From NCBI GenBank assembly GCA_016235595.1, contig JACRJX010000025.1, forward strand, positions 228,765 through 292,764: 64,000 nucleotides of DNA, read 5' to 3'. The DNA is from Verrucomicrobiota bacterium. GTDB lineage: Bacteria; Verrucomicrobiota; Verrucomicrobiia; CAIQCK01. Of this stretch, positions 40,096 through 52,819 are shown piece after piece (position 1 is the stretch's first letter; each line of letters starts with the position of its first letter). The notes below the pieces were generated by a model. The model saw only the letters and a program-made list of their open reading frames with translations. It did no database searches and was not told the DNA's origin. A program made the translations under genes and the position numbers.

Positions 40096-41067
40096 ATGCA
40101 CATTTTTGTTAATGGCGGCGCGGGATATATCGGCAGCATCTGCGTCGAGGAGATGCTCAACGCCGGACACCAGATCACGGTGTTCGACAATCTCTCGGAA
40201 GGCCACCGCAGCGCCGTGGACCCACGCGCGGCGTTCTTCCAAGGCGACCTCGCCAACTACGGCGATATCAGCCAGGCGCTGAAGCAAGCCGCGCCCGACG
40301 CGGTGATGCACTTTGCCGCAGCGTCACTGGTGCCGGAAAGCATGGTCAATCCGTCGAAGTATTTCCGCAACAATGTCGCCAACGGAATCAACCTTCTTGA
40401 CGCGATGGTTGAGGCGGGCGTGCGGCGGTTTGTGTTCAGCAGCACCTGCGCCATCTTCGGCACCCCGGACCGCGTGCCAATGACGGAGGATTTGCCAGTG
40501 AAACCCCTGTCGCCTTACGGCCAGAGCAAGGCGATGTTCGAGAGCATGTTGAAGTGGTATGAGCAGATCCACGGCATCCAGCACGTGAACCTGCGCTACT
40601 TCAACGCTGCCGGCGCGTCGGAACACTTTGGCGAGCATCACCGCCGCGAGACGCACCTCATCCCGAACGTCCTTGCCGTGGCCCTTGGCAAGAAGGAACA
40701 GGTGGAGATTTACGGCACCGATTACCTGACGCCCGACGGCACTTGCGTGCGTGATTACATTCACATCGTGGACCTTGCCAACGCCCACATGCTGGCATTG
40801 CAGTGCCACCAAAGTGTCAGCTTCAATCTCGGCAGCGGCGATGGTTACACCGTGCGGCAGGTGATCGAAGCCTGCCGCAAGGTCACCGGCCATCCGATTC
40901 CGGCCATCGAGCGTCCGCGCCGTCCCGGCGATCCGCCGAAGCTGGTGGCGTCTTCAAAGAAAATCTCCGCCGAGCTCGGCTGGAAGCCGAAGTTCGCCAA
41001 ACTTCAAGACATTGTCGCCAGTGCGTGGGCATGGCACAGAGCCCACCCGAACGGCTATCCGGACTGA
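40096..41067 (+). CDS. galE: UDP-glucose 4-epimerase
   Basis: GGAGYIGS, FSSTCA, YGQSK, LRYFNAAGA, DGTCVRDYIH. Confidence 0.96.
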   Translation: MHIFVNGGAGYIGSICVEEMLNAGHQITVFDNLSEGHRSAVDPRAAFFQGDLANYGDISQALKQAAPDAVMHFAAASLVPESMVNPSKYFRNNVANGINLLDAMVEAGVRRFVFSSTCAIFGTPDRVPMTEDLPVKPLSPYGQSKAMFESMLKWYEQIHGIQHVNLRYFNAAGASEHFGEHHRRETHLIPNVLAVALGKKEQVEIYGTDYLTPDGTCVRDYIHIVDLANAHMLALQCHQSVSFNLGSGDGYTVRQVIEACRKVTGHPIPAIERPRRPGDPPKLVASSKKISAELGWKPKFAKLQDIVASAWAWHRAHPNGYPD

Positions 41068-41095
41068 GGAACCCAAAGCGCCGGAACACCGGACG

Positions 41096-41135
41096 GATCA
41101 GAGAGGACAACCCTCTGATCTTCACTCTTATCTTC
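41096..41135 (+). terminator. Hairpin with pyrimidine-rich tail after galE (possible terminator)
   Basis: GATCAGAG-N9-CTCTGATC then TTCACTCTTATCTT. Confidence 0.4.
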
Positions 41136-41160
41136 TCCAACTCATTACTCTTTACACCCC

Positions 41161-41832
41161 ATGACTGCTCCCAACATCCGCGCCATCCTCTTCGACATGG
41201 ACGGCGTCGTCGTGGACTCCATGCAGTTCCACCTCGACACATGGAAGATCCTCCTCGTCGAGATGGGCACCACGCGTCGCTCCCTCGACGTGCAACGCCA
41301 CTTCGGTCTCGCCACCACGGTTCTCCTCCGTGAGATTCTCGCCGAGCGCGACCACGGTCGTGAACCTTCTCGTGAGGAAATCGAGCGATGGTACCGCCGC
41401 AAGGTTGTCCTCACCTGCCAGGTCGCCAGCCGCGTCGCCGAGCCGATCCCGGGCTTCATCGACTTCGCCCGCCGCGTCCGCGCCCGCCGGCTGCCGGTCG
41501 CATTGGCCAGTGCCGCCTCGCGCCCGTTCATTGACACTGTGCTGGAGAAGATTGGCGCGCGCGACTTCTTCGACACGATCGTCTCTGTGGACGACGTGGC
41601 CCAGCCCAAGCCCAACCCGGAGATTTTCCTTCAGGCCGCCCAGCGCCTCAACATCCCGATTCGCGACTGCCTCGTCATCGAGGACTCCCATCCCGGCATC
41701 GAAGCCGGCGTCGCCTCCGGCGCCACCTGCTGCGCCCTCCTGACCATGCTCCGCCCCGAAGAGGTCCGTGGCGCCCACTTCAAAGCCCGAAGCTTCGACG
41801 AAATCGCCCGCTGGCTGCAGCTCGTCGATTGA
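41161..41832 (+). CDS. HAD-family phosphatase (beta-PGM/CbbY-like)
   Basis: FDMDGVVVDS, KPNPEIF, IEDSHPG. Confidence 0.92.
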   Translation: MTAPNIRAILFDMDGVVVDSMQFHLDTWKILLVEMGTTRRSLDVQRHFGLATTVLLREILAERDHGREPSREEIERWYRRKVVLTCQVASRVAEPIPGFIDFARRVRARRLPVALASAASRPFIDTVLEKIGARDFFDTIVSVDDVAQPKPNPEIFLQAAQRLNIPIRDCLVIEDSHPGIEAGVASGATCCALLTMLRPEEVRGAHFKARSFDEIARWLQLVD

Positions 41833-41900
41833 TATCAGAAACCGTGACGCGCTTGTTGTTCTTTGTGCGAGTCACACTTCAGACCATTGGATTTCCTGAA

Positions 41901-44900
41901 ATGCACGCGAAACCAGAACTACTCAACACAACCCTTTCGATCGCGGTCATCAGTGCTGCGGCGATGCTATCCCTCGCGTCGGTCTCCCTGGCCGCTTCGC
42001 AGGAATCAACCAACCAGGCGGGAAAAGCGGCTCCATCCACCGCGGTCACTCAGGCCGCAAAGGACAACGCGCTGTCGCTGGAACAGCTTCAGACAAGAAT
42101 CGCCGCGCTCACCAGCGACAAGGATTTGAAGGACGAGGTCCGGACGCTGGCGATTGACTTGTATAAATCGTGCCTGAAGGCAGTGATCCAGGCGCAATCC
42201 GACGAAAAGCAAGCGGCAGAGTATCAGGACGCAATAGACAACGGCCCTGCCCGCGCCCGCGCGATACGACAGGAAGCGTTGCCGCCAGTGGCCGCTTCCG
42301 CGCCTGAATCCAGCTCGCTGTCTGCGAAGGAACTGCAACAACGGCTGGATGCGCAAGTGGCCGCCGTGCGCACGTTGAAAGGCTCGCTTGAAGAACTGGA
42401 CCGCCAGATCAAAGCCTTGCGGGAAGATCCTACGGCAACGGCCGCGGCACTGGCCGCGGCCCGGGCGGAGTTGGACCCGCTGAAGCAAACAGCCCTGTCC
42501 GCCACAGGAAATGACCCAGCGGAGGTGGCTGCGGCCCGGCGGACGCTACGCCAGGCTCAGCAACTGGCCGCAGCGGCCCGCGTCCACATGCTGGAATTGA
42601 TGCAATCCAGCACGGCTGCACGACAGGATTTGCTGACGGCACGCCGCGAGCAAATCGTGCGCCGCATGGCCGCAGTGCGGGATGTCCTGCGGCAACTCAG
42701 TGACTTGCTTAATGCGAAGCAACGCGAGTCCGCCTCGCGCGCACAATCGGAGGCGCAGCGTGCCAACCATGAACACCCCGCCGTGCGCGCCGTGATCGAA
42801 CAGAACGCACGGTTCGGCAAACAACTCGACACTCTGATCGACCAGATCAAGATGACCCTTGCGCAGTTGCGAACACTCAACGCCCGGCTTCAGGAAATCA
42901 GCCAGAACTACGAAATCACGAAAGAGGAGATGGCGATTGACGGCGTGGGTGTGGAGCAGGCGGAAGTGTTGCGCCGCGACCGGCGAAAGCTGCCCAACGC
43001 GGAACAATGCCGCCGGGAAGCAGCAGAGGCGCGGCATCGGACCAATCAAGCCCGCGTGGGCCAGTTGCAGTGCAGCCAGGAGGCCCAAAACCTTGAGAAC
43101 ATTGACCAACGCTGTGCACAGATTCTCGCTGAACAAGTCTCACAGACGTTGCTGCCAGAGCAACGCGAGGCGATTCGAGCGCGAGTTCGCGGCCTGTTGA
43201 ACGATCGCCAGCAACTGATCGAGAATCTCAACGGCAGCTACGCGCGCTACATGGATCTCTTGAGCTCGCTCCAGGAGCGTGGGCAACAACTCGCATCCAA
43301 ATCCGCGGCGTTTGCACAACTGTTGGACGAACGACTCATGTGGATTCCCAGCGCTTCGCCGGTCAGCCATGCATGGCTTGGCAGGATCGCCCGTTCCGCT
43401 GGCTGGTTGACGAGTGCCGAAAACTGGCGCGCAGTCGCCGCCAGCCTGGCGGCAGAGACACATCGGCAACCCGTGCAGACGCTGGCCATGCTGGCTCTGA
43501 TCGGCGTTCTGCTTCTTGTCCGACGCCGGCTGTTTGCGCGGTTGGACACGCTTGGCAAATTAGCCCGGGCGACGGACGGCGGCGGTTTCAAGGTAACTGG
43601 CATGGCGTTGGTCATAACGCTGCTGGCGGCCCTGCCCGGACCGGCGTTGTTGTGGACGATCGCCTCTCTCTTGTCGCAGAGCAGCAGCGCAGTTGAGTTC
43701 GTGAAATATGTGGGCGCGGGTTTGCGACGTGCGGCCCAGTATGGGTTATATCTGGAATTGCTTCGTCAAATCTGTCGTTCCCATGGATTGGCGGATGCCC
43801 ATTTCCAATGGAACAAGTCCACACTCAAAGTGCTCCGGCAAAACTTGAGTTGGCTGCTCATGGTCTATGTTCCGCTCAGTTTCATCATCGCCACGACTCA
43901 TGCCAGCACCATGACCGCCAACTCAACCGGCGACTATGCCAGCGGCCTGGGACGATTTGCGTTTGTGCTGATGTCCATCGCCTTGTCGGCGTTTCTCTGG
44001 TCCGTGCTGCATCTGCGCAAAGGCGTGTTGGCGACGATGACGCCTGATCGTCGTGCCCGTTGGGTCTGGCGAACGCGCATCCTCTGGTATCCGGTCGCCG
44101 TGACTACGCCGTTGTTGCTCGGCGCCGCCGCGCTTCTGGGTTACTACCACGCCGCGCTGGCGCTTGAAGGGCGATTGCTGCGGTCCTTCCTGATCGTCAT
44201 TGCCGTCCTGTTGCTGCACAACCTGGCTACGCGCTGGTTGCTGTTGCTGCAAAACAAGATCCTGCTTTGGGAAGCGCGGGAGAAACACGCGACCGATGCC
44301 ATCTCAAGGACAAGAAGCGAGGTTGCCGAAACAGCCGGTCAAGGCTCGCCCCAATCGCTCGATGTGCCGCAGGTTGACCTGGTGACGATCAACGCGCAGA
44401 CTCGCGCGCTCTTCGACGCATTGTTGTGGGTCGTGATCGGGGTGTTCCTGTGGACCATCTGGGTGGACATGTTGCCGGCCCTGCGCGTCCTCGGCAACAC
44501 AACGCTGTGGCAGCACACGGTGAAAAGCGCCTCCGCCGCACAAGTGGAAAACATCACAGTAAGTCATCTCGTGATGGCGGTCCTCTTCACGGTCCTCACC
44601 GTCGTCGCCACGCGCAACGTGCCGGGGTTGCTGGAAATCCTGTTGCTCCCGCGCTTGTCGCTGGACGCAGGCGTCCGCTACGCCATCAATCGCATTGCGA
44701 TCTACATTGTCATTACGATTGGCGCCATCGCCACGTTTAACGAGATCGGCGTGGGTTGGGACGAGGTGCAGTGGCTGGCAGCGGCGTTCAGCGTGGGACT
44801 CGGCTTCGGATTGCAGGAAATCTTCGCGAATTTCGTCTCAGGTCTCATCATGTTGTTCGAACGTCCCATCCGCGTGGGCGACATCGTAACAGTGGATGGA

Positions 44901-45296
44901 CAGAGCGGCACGGTCTCACGTATTCGCATGAGAGCCACCACCATCACCGACTGGGACAACAAAGAAATCATCGTCCCCAACAAGAAGTTCATCACCGACC
45001 GCGTCACCAACTGGACGCTGACGAGCCCGATCACACGGGTGGTGATCAACGTTTCCCTTGCCCTCGGCGCGGACACGAAGTTGGCCGAACGCCTGATGCT
45101 GGAGATCGCGTGCGCACACAAGCTCGTGCTCGCGAAGCCCGTGCCAACCGTCTTCTTCACCCAGTTCGCCGAAAGCGCCCTGAACTTCGAGCTGCGCGTG
45201 TTTGTCAAGGAGCCGGCGGATCGCATGCCGGTGCTCAATGACCTCAACATGGCTTTGAATGAAGCATTTCAGAAGAACGGCATTCAAATCCCGTAG
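41901..45296 (+). CDS. Large MscS-family mechanosensitive channel (MscK/MscM-like)
   Basis: Signal peptide, long coiled-coil periplasmic region, many TMs, VGLGFGLQEIFANFVSGLIMLFERPIRVGD. Confidence 0.93.
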   Translation: MHAKPELLNTTLSIAVISAAAMLSLASVSLAASQESTNQAGKAAPSTAVTQAAKDNALSLEQLQTRIAALTSDKDLKDEVRTLAIDLYKSCLKAVIQAQSDEKQAAEYQDAIDNGPARARAIRQEALPPVAASAPESSSLSAKELQQRLDAQVAAVRTLKGSLEELDRQIKALREDPTATAAALAAARAELDPLKQTALSATGNDPAEVAAARRTLRQAQQLAAAARVHMLELMQSSTAARQDLLTARREQIVRRMAAVRDVLRQLSDLLNAKQRESASRAQSEAQRANHEHPAVRAVIEQNARFGKQLDTLIDQIKMTLAQLRTLNARLQEISQNYEITKEEMAIDGVGVEQAEVLRRDRRKLPNAEQCRREAAEARHRTNQARVGQLQCSQEAQNLENIDQRCAQILAEQVSQTLLPEQREAIRARVRGLLNDRQQLIENLNGSYARYMDLLSSLQERGQQLASKSAAFAQLLDERLMWIPSASPVSHAWLGRIARSAGWLTSAENWRAVAASLAAETHRQPVQTLAMLALIGVLLLVRRRLFARLDTLGKLARATDGGGFKVTGMALVITLLAALPGPALLWTIASLLSQSSSAVEFVKYVGAGLRRAAQYGLYLELLRQICRSHGLADAHFQWNKSTLKVLRQNLSWLLMVYVPLSFIIATTHASTMTANSTGDYASGLGRFAFVLMSIALSAFLWSVLHLRKGVLATMTPDRRARWVWRTRILWYPVAVTTPLLLGAAALLGYYHAALALEGRLLRSFLIVIAVLLLHNLATRWLLLLQNKILLWEAREKHATDAISRTRSEVAETAGQGSPQSLDVPQVDLVTINAQTRALFDALLWVVIGVFLWTIWVDMLPALRVLGNTTLWQHTVKSASAAQVENITVSHLVMAVLFTVLTVVATRNVPGLLEILLLPRLSLDAGVRYAINRIAIYIVITIGAIATFNEIGVGWDEVQWLAAAFSVGLGFGLQEIFANFVSGLIMLFERPIRVGDIVTVDGQSGTVSRIRMRATTITDWDNKEIIVPNKKFITDRVTNWTLTSPITRVVINVSLALGADTKLAERLMLEIACAHKLVLAKPVPTVFFTQFAESALNFELRVFVKEPADRMPVLNDLNMALNEAFQKNGIQIP

Positions 45297-45321
45297 AGCA
45301 GGCGGATCAGAATGAACGGGG

Positions 45322-46734
45322 TCAGGCTGCCGCGGCGGGCAGTCGAATCACGACCTCCAAGCCGGAGGGTGTGCGGTTGTGGGCGGTGACAGTGCCCTGG
45401 CAGGCTTCCACACAAGTCTTGACGATGGCCAAGCCCAAACCCACACCGCCGCTGTCACGGCTGCGGGAGGATTCGAGACGGAAGAAAGGGTCAAAGACCC
45501 TGTCCAAAGCATCGGCAGGCAAACCGGGGCCGGAATCGCTCACGATGAGCATTGCATGGTCTGAAGTGCCTGCCGAGGAGACGGTGATAGGCCCGGCGTG
45601 GGCGGCATAGCGCACGGCGTTACGGATCACGTTTCCAAGCGCCCGCTCCAGCAAGTCCGGCGAAGCGAGGGCGCGGGCTGTTTCATCAACCTTAATCTCA
45701 ATTGGCACACCCGCAGCCTCGCGCTCGACCACACGCAGCACCAACTCCGCCAGAGCGACTGGCTCCAGCGCAACCTCCTTTTGCTTCAGGCCGGCCTTGG
45801 AGAAGGCGAGCAGTTCGCTGACCAGTTCCGACATTTGCTGCACTTCTTCGCGCAAGTCTTCGACGCAGGCTTTTTGTTTTTCATCTGCGCGCTGTTCGAG
45901 AATGCCAAGTGACACCTGGATCCGCGCGATGGGCGAGCACAGCTCGTGCGCGATATCGCCGAGAAACCGTTTCTGGCCCGTGACAAAACCCGACAAACGC
46001 GACGCCATGCGGTTGATGCTTTCGCCCAACCGGCCCAGTTCGTCGCCCCGGCGCGCGGATACCTGCACGTCGAAGCGACCATCGGCAATCCTCGCGGTGG
46101 CTTGCGTCATCTGCGAGATCGAGCGTGTGATGCCGCTCACCAGAGGAATCCAGAACACGACGGAGAATATCAACGTGCCGAGGCCGATCAACAACCACGG
46201 TTTGAAATCGAGGAAAAGTCCGCCACCGCTCATCGAGTCCGACACGGCCAACAGGACCGCTGGCAATGTGCGCGTTCTTTCACGGTCGAGCACCGGCACG
46301 CGCACGCCCACCCAGTAACACACCGGGTTGCCTGCTCGCTCCATGAATTTCTGATAGGGCCGCCGGCCGGAACCGCCCTCCGGTGGCGGGCCGCGCCGTT
46401 CGCCGAGCACGTTCCCCACGGACCGCGGCAACTCGACTGGTTCGCCGGCGATTTGGTGGCCGTCGCTTTGAAACAGATAGAACTGCACGCGGTAGGAGCT
46501 GCTGAAGCGTTTGAGAATCTCATCCGCCGAAGCTCGCCCGGGAGACTTGTTGAGTTCGGCCGTGATGACTTCGCTCACTGCCTGAATCCGGTCGCCAGCG
46601 CGGCCCATCATCAACGAGTTGAGGCCAAGTTTCACCTGCGTGTGAAAGAAAATATAGAACCCGACGCAGAGCACAATGAGGTTCAGGAAAAACCAAAGCA
46701 GTATCTTCGCATAGAGTGGGAAGCGGATTCTCAT
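45322..46734 (-). CDS. CpxA-like HAMP sensor histidine kinase
   Basis: Two TMs, HAMP (DELGRL), DIAHELCSP, NVIRNAVRY, GGVGLGL. Confidence 0.93.
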   Translation of the reverse strand: MRIRFPLYAKILLWFFLNLIVLCVGFYIFFHTQVKLGLNSLMMGRAGDRIQAVSEVITAELNKSPGRASADEILKRFSSSYRVQFYLFQSDGHQIAGEPVELPRSVGNVLGERRGPPPEGGSGRRPYQKFMERAGNPVCYWVGVRVPVLDRERTRTLPAVLLAVSDSMSGGGLFLDFKPWLLIGLGTLIFSVVFWIPLVSGITRSISQMTQATARIADGRFDVQVSARRGDELGRLGESINRMASRLSGFVTGQKRFLGDIAHELCSPIARIQVSLGILEQRADEKQKACVEDLREEVQQMSELVSELLAFSKAGLKQKEVALEPVALAELVLRVVEREAAGVPIEIKVDETARALASPDLLERALGNVIRNAVRYAAHAGPITVSSAGTSDHAMLIVSDSGPGLPADALDRVFDPFFRLESSRSRDSGGVGLGLAIVKTCVEACQGTVTAHNRTPSGLEVVIRLPAAAA

Positions 46735-46737
46735 GGT

Positions 46738-47499
46738 TCAGAACTGCCCGGTGTCGGGGTTGATGAGCAGGTAACCGGCAGCGCGCACAGTGCGGATGAA
46801 CCTTGGCTCCTTTGGATCATCGCCGAGCTTTCTGCGCAATGCGGAAATGTGAACGTCAATCGAACGATCAAACACCTCGTAGTTGCGATCGCGAATCTCC
46901 TCCAGAAGGTGCTCGCGGGTCTTTACGCGTCCCCGAGCGCGAGCCAGGCTCGCAAGCAGATCGAACTCGACGGGTGTCAGCACGAGAGGCTTGTCGTCGA
47001 AGACGGCGGTGCGCGAGGCGCTGTTCACTCGCAGCTTGCCGACGACGAGTTCCGGCTCAACACCCTCACTTTCCCGTGGCGCTGCCATTGAAGCCCGGCG
47101 CGTGACGGCGCGCAGGCGCGCCAACAGTTCGCGCGTCGAGAAAGTCTTCGGCAGATAATCGTCGGCACCGATCTCCAACCCCACAATGCGATCGGATTCG
47201 TCGCCGCGCGCGGTGAGCATCAGCACGGGCACGCTGGACTTGTGGCGAATCTGTTTGAGCACCTCAAAACCGTCCATGCCCGGCAACATCACGTCGAGAA
47301 TCACCGCCTGCCACGTTTCCGCGGTTGCTTTCTCAACTCCCTCCGGCCCCGTGTGAACCGCCGACACGTCGTAGCCGAGTGGCTCCAGATAGGTTTTGAT
47401 GAGCCGGCAAAGTTTCCGGTCGTCATCAATTACCAACACGCGCGTGGGCGTCGCGCCGGCAGCATCACTTTTATGTGAGTCGCGATCTTGTAGCATCAT
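46738..47499 (-). CDS. OmpR/CpxR-family response regulator
   Basis: VIDDD, LDVMLP, MLTARG, GADDYLPK, winged helix DRSIDVHISALRRKLG...TVR. Confidence 0.95.
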   Translation of the reverse strand: MMLQDRDSHKSDAAGATPTRVLVIDDDRKLCRLIKTYLEPLGYDVSAVHTGPEGVEKATAETWQAVILDVMLPGMDGFEVLKQIRHKSSVPVLMLTARGDESDRIVGLEIGADDYLPKTFSTRELLARLRAVTRRASMAAPRESEGVEPELVVGKLRVNSASRTAVFDDKPLVLTPVEFDLLASLARARGRVKTREHLLEEIRDRNYEVFDRSIDVHISALRRKLGDDPKEPRFIRTVRAAGYLLINPDTGQF

Positions 47500-47548
47500 A
47501 TTCGACTCTCCAATTGTCATTATATCCGTTGCGATTCCAGAACGCCGT

Positions 47549-47606
47549 AACATTTACGCTTCCTTTACAATTTTCCAAGGCCGCCCACACGAAATCTTTA
47601 CAGGCC
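47549..47606 (+). promoter_or_regulatory. Response-regulator box array, copy 1
   Basis: AACATTTACGCTTCCTTTACAATTTTCC-N9-CACACGAAATCTTTACAGGCC; TTTAC at 47553, 47564, 47597. Confidence 0.8.
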
Positions 47607-47642
47607 GGACGTTTAGTAATCGGTGAAAGTGAGGAGTATATC

Positions 47643-48838
47643 GTGACGTCAATCAAGCAACGCCGATCCGGATCGTGGACCATCGGGCTGATCCTGTTGG
47701 CCGTGTCCGCGGCTGCGACAAGTTGGTATTTGCAGCGTCCGCAAAACCATAAACCACAGTATCGGACGGTGCGGGTCGTCAACGGGGACTTGACCCAGCT
47801 GGTGACTGCCTCGGGCCAACTAAACCCGGTCATCAAGGTGCTCGTCGGCAGCCAGATTTCCGGCACCATCCAGAAGCTGTTCGTGGATTACAACTCCATC
47901 GTCACGAACAATCAAGTCATCGCCCAACTGGACGCAGCGACGTATCTGGCGGCGGTGCATCAAAACGAGGGTGAACTGCACAATGCATCGGCAGCCCTCG
48001 AATTGGCGCAACTCAACGCAAAGCGGGCCAAGGAACTTTTCGCCAAAGCGATCATGCCCGAATCCGAATACAGCTCGAATATCGTCGCCTTGCATCAAGC
48101 CGAAGCAAACGTGGAAATCAAGCAGTCGGCGCTGGAAAAATCCAAGGTGGACTTGGCGCGCTGCACGATCAGTTCGCCGGTGGACGGGATCGTCATCGCC
48201 CGCAATGTGGACGTGGGCCAGACGGTGGCAGCCAGCCTGTCCGCGCCGACGCTCTTCGAAATCGCGAACAATCTGGCGCAGATGCAAATTGACGCGTATG
48301 TGTCCGAGGCGGACATCGGTTCGGTGGAAGTGGGACAGCTGGTCAACTTTACCGTGGATGCTTTCCCCAACCGCACGTTCCAAGGCAAGGTCGCGCAAGT
48401 GCGTAACGCGGCCACGACGGTGCAGAATGTCGTGACCTACGATACCGTCATCGAGGTCGACAACCACGACCTGAAACTGCGGCCCGGCATGACGGCCAAC
48501 GTCGCCATCATCGCCGCACAACGGCAGAACGTGCTGAAGATTTCCAACGCTGCGTTCCGCTATCGTCCGCCGGATGCGGGCAGCGCCACGCAAACACCAA
48601 CGTCGGCGAAGACTGTCTTCGTTTTGCCGCCAGCCGGCGATGGCAACGGCCCAAGACGGCTGGCGGAGGTAAACGTCAAAACGGGCATCAGTGACGGTGC
48701 TGTGACGGAAGTCACCGAAGGTTTGAAGGAAGGCGATGAGGTTGTCATCGGCATGGTCCAATCCACCTCGTCGGCGACCGTGGACATGACGCGCGCGAAT
48801 AACCCCATCGCCGGCACGCCGTCCCGGCCACCGCCAAA

Positions 48839-48842
<4 letters not shown>
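47643..48842 (+). CDS. MacA-like periplasmic adaptor subunit
   Basis: VGSQISG, ISSPVDGIV, GQTVAASL, VSEADIG, LRPGMTA; GAGGAG then GTG start. Confidence 0.93.
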
Positions 48843-50823
<1,981 letters not shown>

Positions 50824-50849
50824 GCAGACTGCGCGACGATGCCCGCCGC

Positions 50850-50907
50850 AACATTTACGCTTCCTTTACAATTTTCCGGGTGTGCGCACATGAAATCTTT
50901 ACAGGCC
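50850..50907 (+). promoter_or_regulatory. Response-regulator box array, copy 2
   Basis: Same 28-bp block, 9-nt variable spacer, CACATGAAATCTTTACAGGCC; TTTAC at 50854, 50865, 50898. Confidence 0.8.
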
Positions 50908-50941
50908 ACGCGTTAAATAGATGTGTAAAGGAGATCCGACT

Positions 50942-52771
50942 ATGAAACGGCAAATGTTGATGATGGTTCTGGCGGGCGCGTGGCTGATGGTGTTGGGCAC
51001 GGGCGGCGCGGCGGCGCAGCAAAAGATGCCCGGCTTCGCGCTGATTCCAGCTGGCAAGTTCGAGATGGGCGACCATCACGGATTCGTGGACCCGAAACAC
51101 GGCGGCGATGAGACGCCGCTCCACACGGTGCGGTTGGACGCATTCTACATGGGCGTCTGCACGGTCACGACGCGCGAGTATTGCGAGTTCCTCAACTCGG
51201 CGCTGGCGTTACGCATGATCGAAGTGCGACAGGGCGGCGTGTATCTCGTCGGTGGGAAGGACTTGCTTTGCGAGACACGCGAGATGTCGCCTTACAGCCG
51301 CATTTGCTTCAGCGGCGGGAAGTTCGCCGTGCTCGACCGGAAGGAAAACCATCCCATCGTCTGCATCCGCTGGCCGGGCGCGGCGGTCTATTGCAACTGG
51401 CTGAGCTCCCAGAAACGATTGCCGGCTTGCTACAATACGACGACGTGGGACTGCAACTTCAACAAGAGCGGCTTCCGGCTCCCGACGGAGGCGGAGTGGG
51501 AATACGCGGGTCGTGGGGGGCAGCAAAATCCCTACCGCAACTTTCCATGGGGCGATGAGCCGGACGCCACAAAGGCGAACTGGCCGGAGTCGAAGAATCC
51601 GTTTCGCGCCGGCCCGCTGCCGTGGACGACGCCGGTCGGTTTTTTCAACGGCCAGACGCATCGCAAAGCGGACTTCGGCTGGCCGGGCGCGCAGGAGACT
51701 TTTCAAACCTCGAACGGTGCGAATGGCTACGGCCTCTACGACATGAGCGGCAATGTCTGGCAATTCATCAACGATTGGTATGTGCGCGACTACTACGCCT
51801 ACAGCCCGGCCGAGAACCCGCCCGGCCCGGCGAGCGGCAGTCTGGTGCAGGATGGCAAACCGTATCGCGGCATGCGCGGCGGCAACTGGTATAATGGCGA
51901 GAACGGCCACGGCCGTGTGTCCAACCGCAACCCGTCCTACTATCGCGGCCCGCAAGACCCGGATCATCCCTACTACCACCTCGGCTTCCGCGTCGTGCTG
52001 CCGGTCAACGCCGAAAGCCGCCCCGTGATCAAGCCGACGCCCGTGCAACACATCGGCGGTCGCGAGGGCGGACCGGGGGGCGGTCGTCCCGGAAAAGGCG
52101 GCGGTGGTGGCAAACGGCGCTCCAGTGATCAGACCCGGTCAGATGACAATCGTCCGCCGCGAGAGGGTCAAAGTAGCGGCGGAGATGCGCGCGAACAAGG
52201 TGAACGTCCGAAACGTTCCGATGCCCAACGACCGGCTCGCTCCGGCTCGTTCATCCTGAGCAGTTCCGAGGTGGCGGATGGAGGGACGCTGCCGGCGGAG
52301 TTCACCGCTGACGGAGCCAGCGCCACGCTGCCGCTGGCATGGACCGGCGCGCCGGCTGGCACAAAGAGCTACGCACTCATCATGCACCATGAGGCGCCGG
52401 ACCAGACCAAATGGTATTGGATCCTCTACAACATCCCTGCGGATGTTCAAAGCCTGCCCAAGAATGTGAAGGGCGTGGGCACATTGGGCAACAATAGCGT
52501 CAACGAACGAACCGAATACACCCCGCCACGTTCGAAGGGACCCGGCGCGAAGACCTACATTTACACCGTCTACGCGCTGTCAGCGCCGCTGCAACTCACG
52601 GTCCCGCCCGCCCAAGTCAACCGTGAGGTTCTGCTCGCGGCAATGAAGGACCGTATCCTCGCGAGTGCGGAATTGAGTGTGGTTTACACGCGCCCAGGTG
52701 ATGGCGGCGGGGACGGGGGCGGCGAGCGACGCAGCCCGGGCAAGTCGGGAGATCGTCCGCAACGCAATTGA
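50942..52771 (+). CDS. Secreted FGE/SUMF1-fold domain fused to a YbhB/YbcL (PEBP) domain
   Basis: FEMGD, RLPTEAEWEYA, NGYGLYDMSGNVW, RGGNW, GFRV; then PLAWTGAPAGTKSYALIM, YTPPRSKGPG, YIYTVYAL. Confidence 0.9.
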   Translation: MKRQMLMMVLAGAWLMVLGTGGAAAQQKMPGFALIPAGKFEMGDHHGFVDPKHGGDETPLHTVRLDAFYMGVCTVTTREYCEFLNSALALRMIEVRQGGVYLVGGKDLLCETREMSPYSRICFSGGKFAVLDRKENHPIVCIRWPGAAVYCNWLSSQKRLPACYNTTTWDCNFNKSGFRLPTEAEWEYAGRGGQQNPYRNFPWGDEPDATKANWPESKNPFRAGPLPWTTPVGFFNGQTHRKADFGWPGAQETFQTSNGANGYGLYDMSGNVWQFINDWYVRDYYAYSPAENPPGPASGSLVQDGKPYRGMRGGNWYNGENGHGRVSNRNPSYYRGPQDPDHPYYHLGFRVVLPVNAESRPVIKPTPVQHIGGREGGPGGGRPGKGGGGGKRRSSDQTRSDDNRPPREGQSSGGDAREQGERPKRSDAQRPARSGSFILSSSEVADGGTLPAEFTADGASATLPLAWTGAPAGTKSYALIMHHEAPDQTKWYWILYNIPADVQSLPKNVKGVGTLGNNSVNERTEYTPPRSKGPGAKTYIYTVYALSAPLQLTVPPAQVNREVLLAAMKDRILASAELSVVYTRPGDGGGDGGGERRSPGKSGDRPQRN

Positions 52772-52819
52772 AAATCTAAACTGAGTTTCTTTTAACACCA
52801 GGTCCACAGGAGAAAGATC

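Noticed and set aside
39375-40256. 293-aa ORF call for the HNH gene
   Set aside because: YajD similarity starts near 39773; the extension overlaps galE and hides the DUF6132-like gene in another frame
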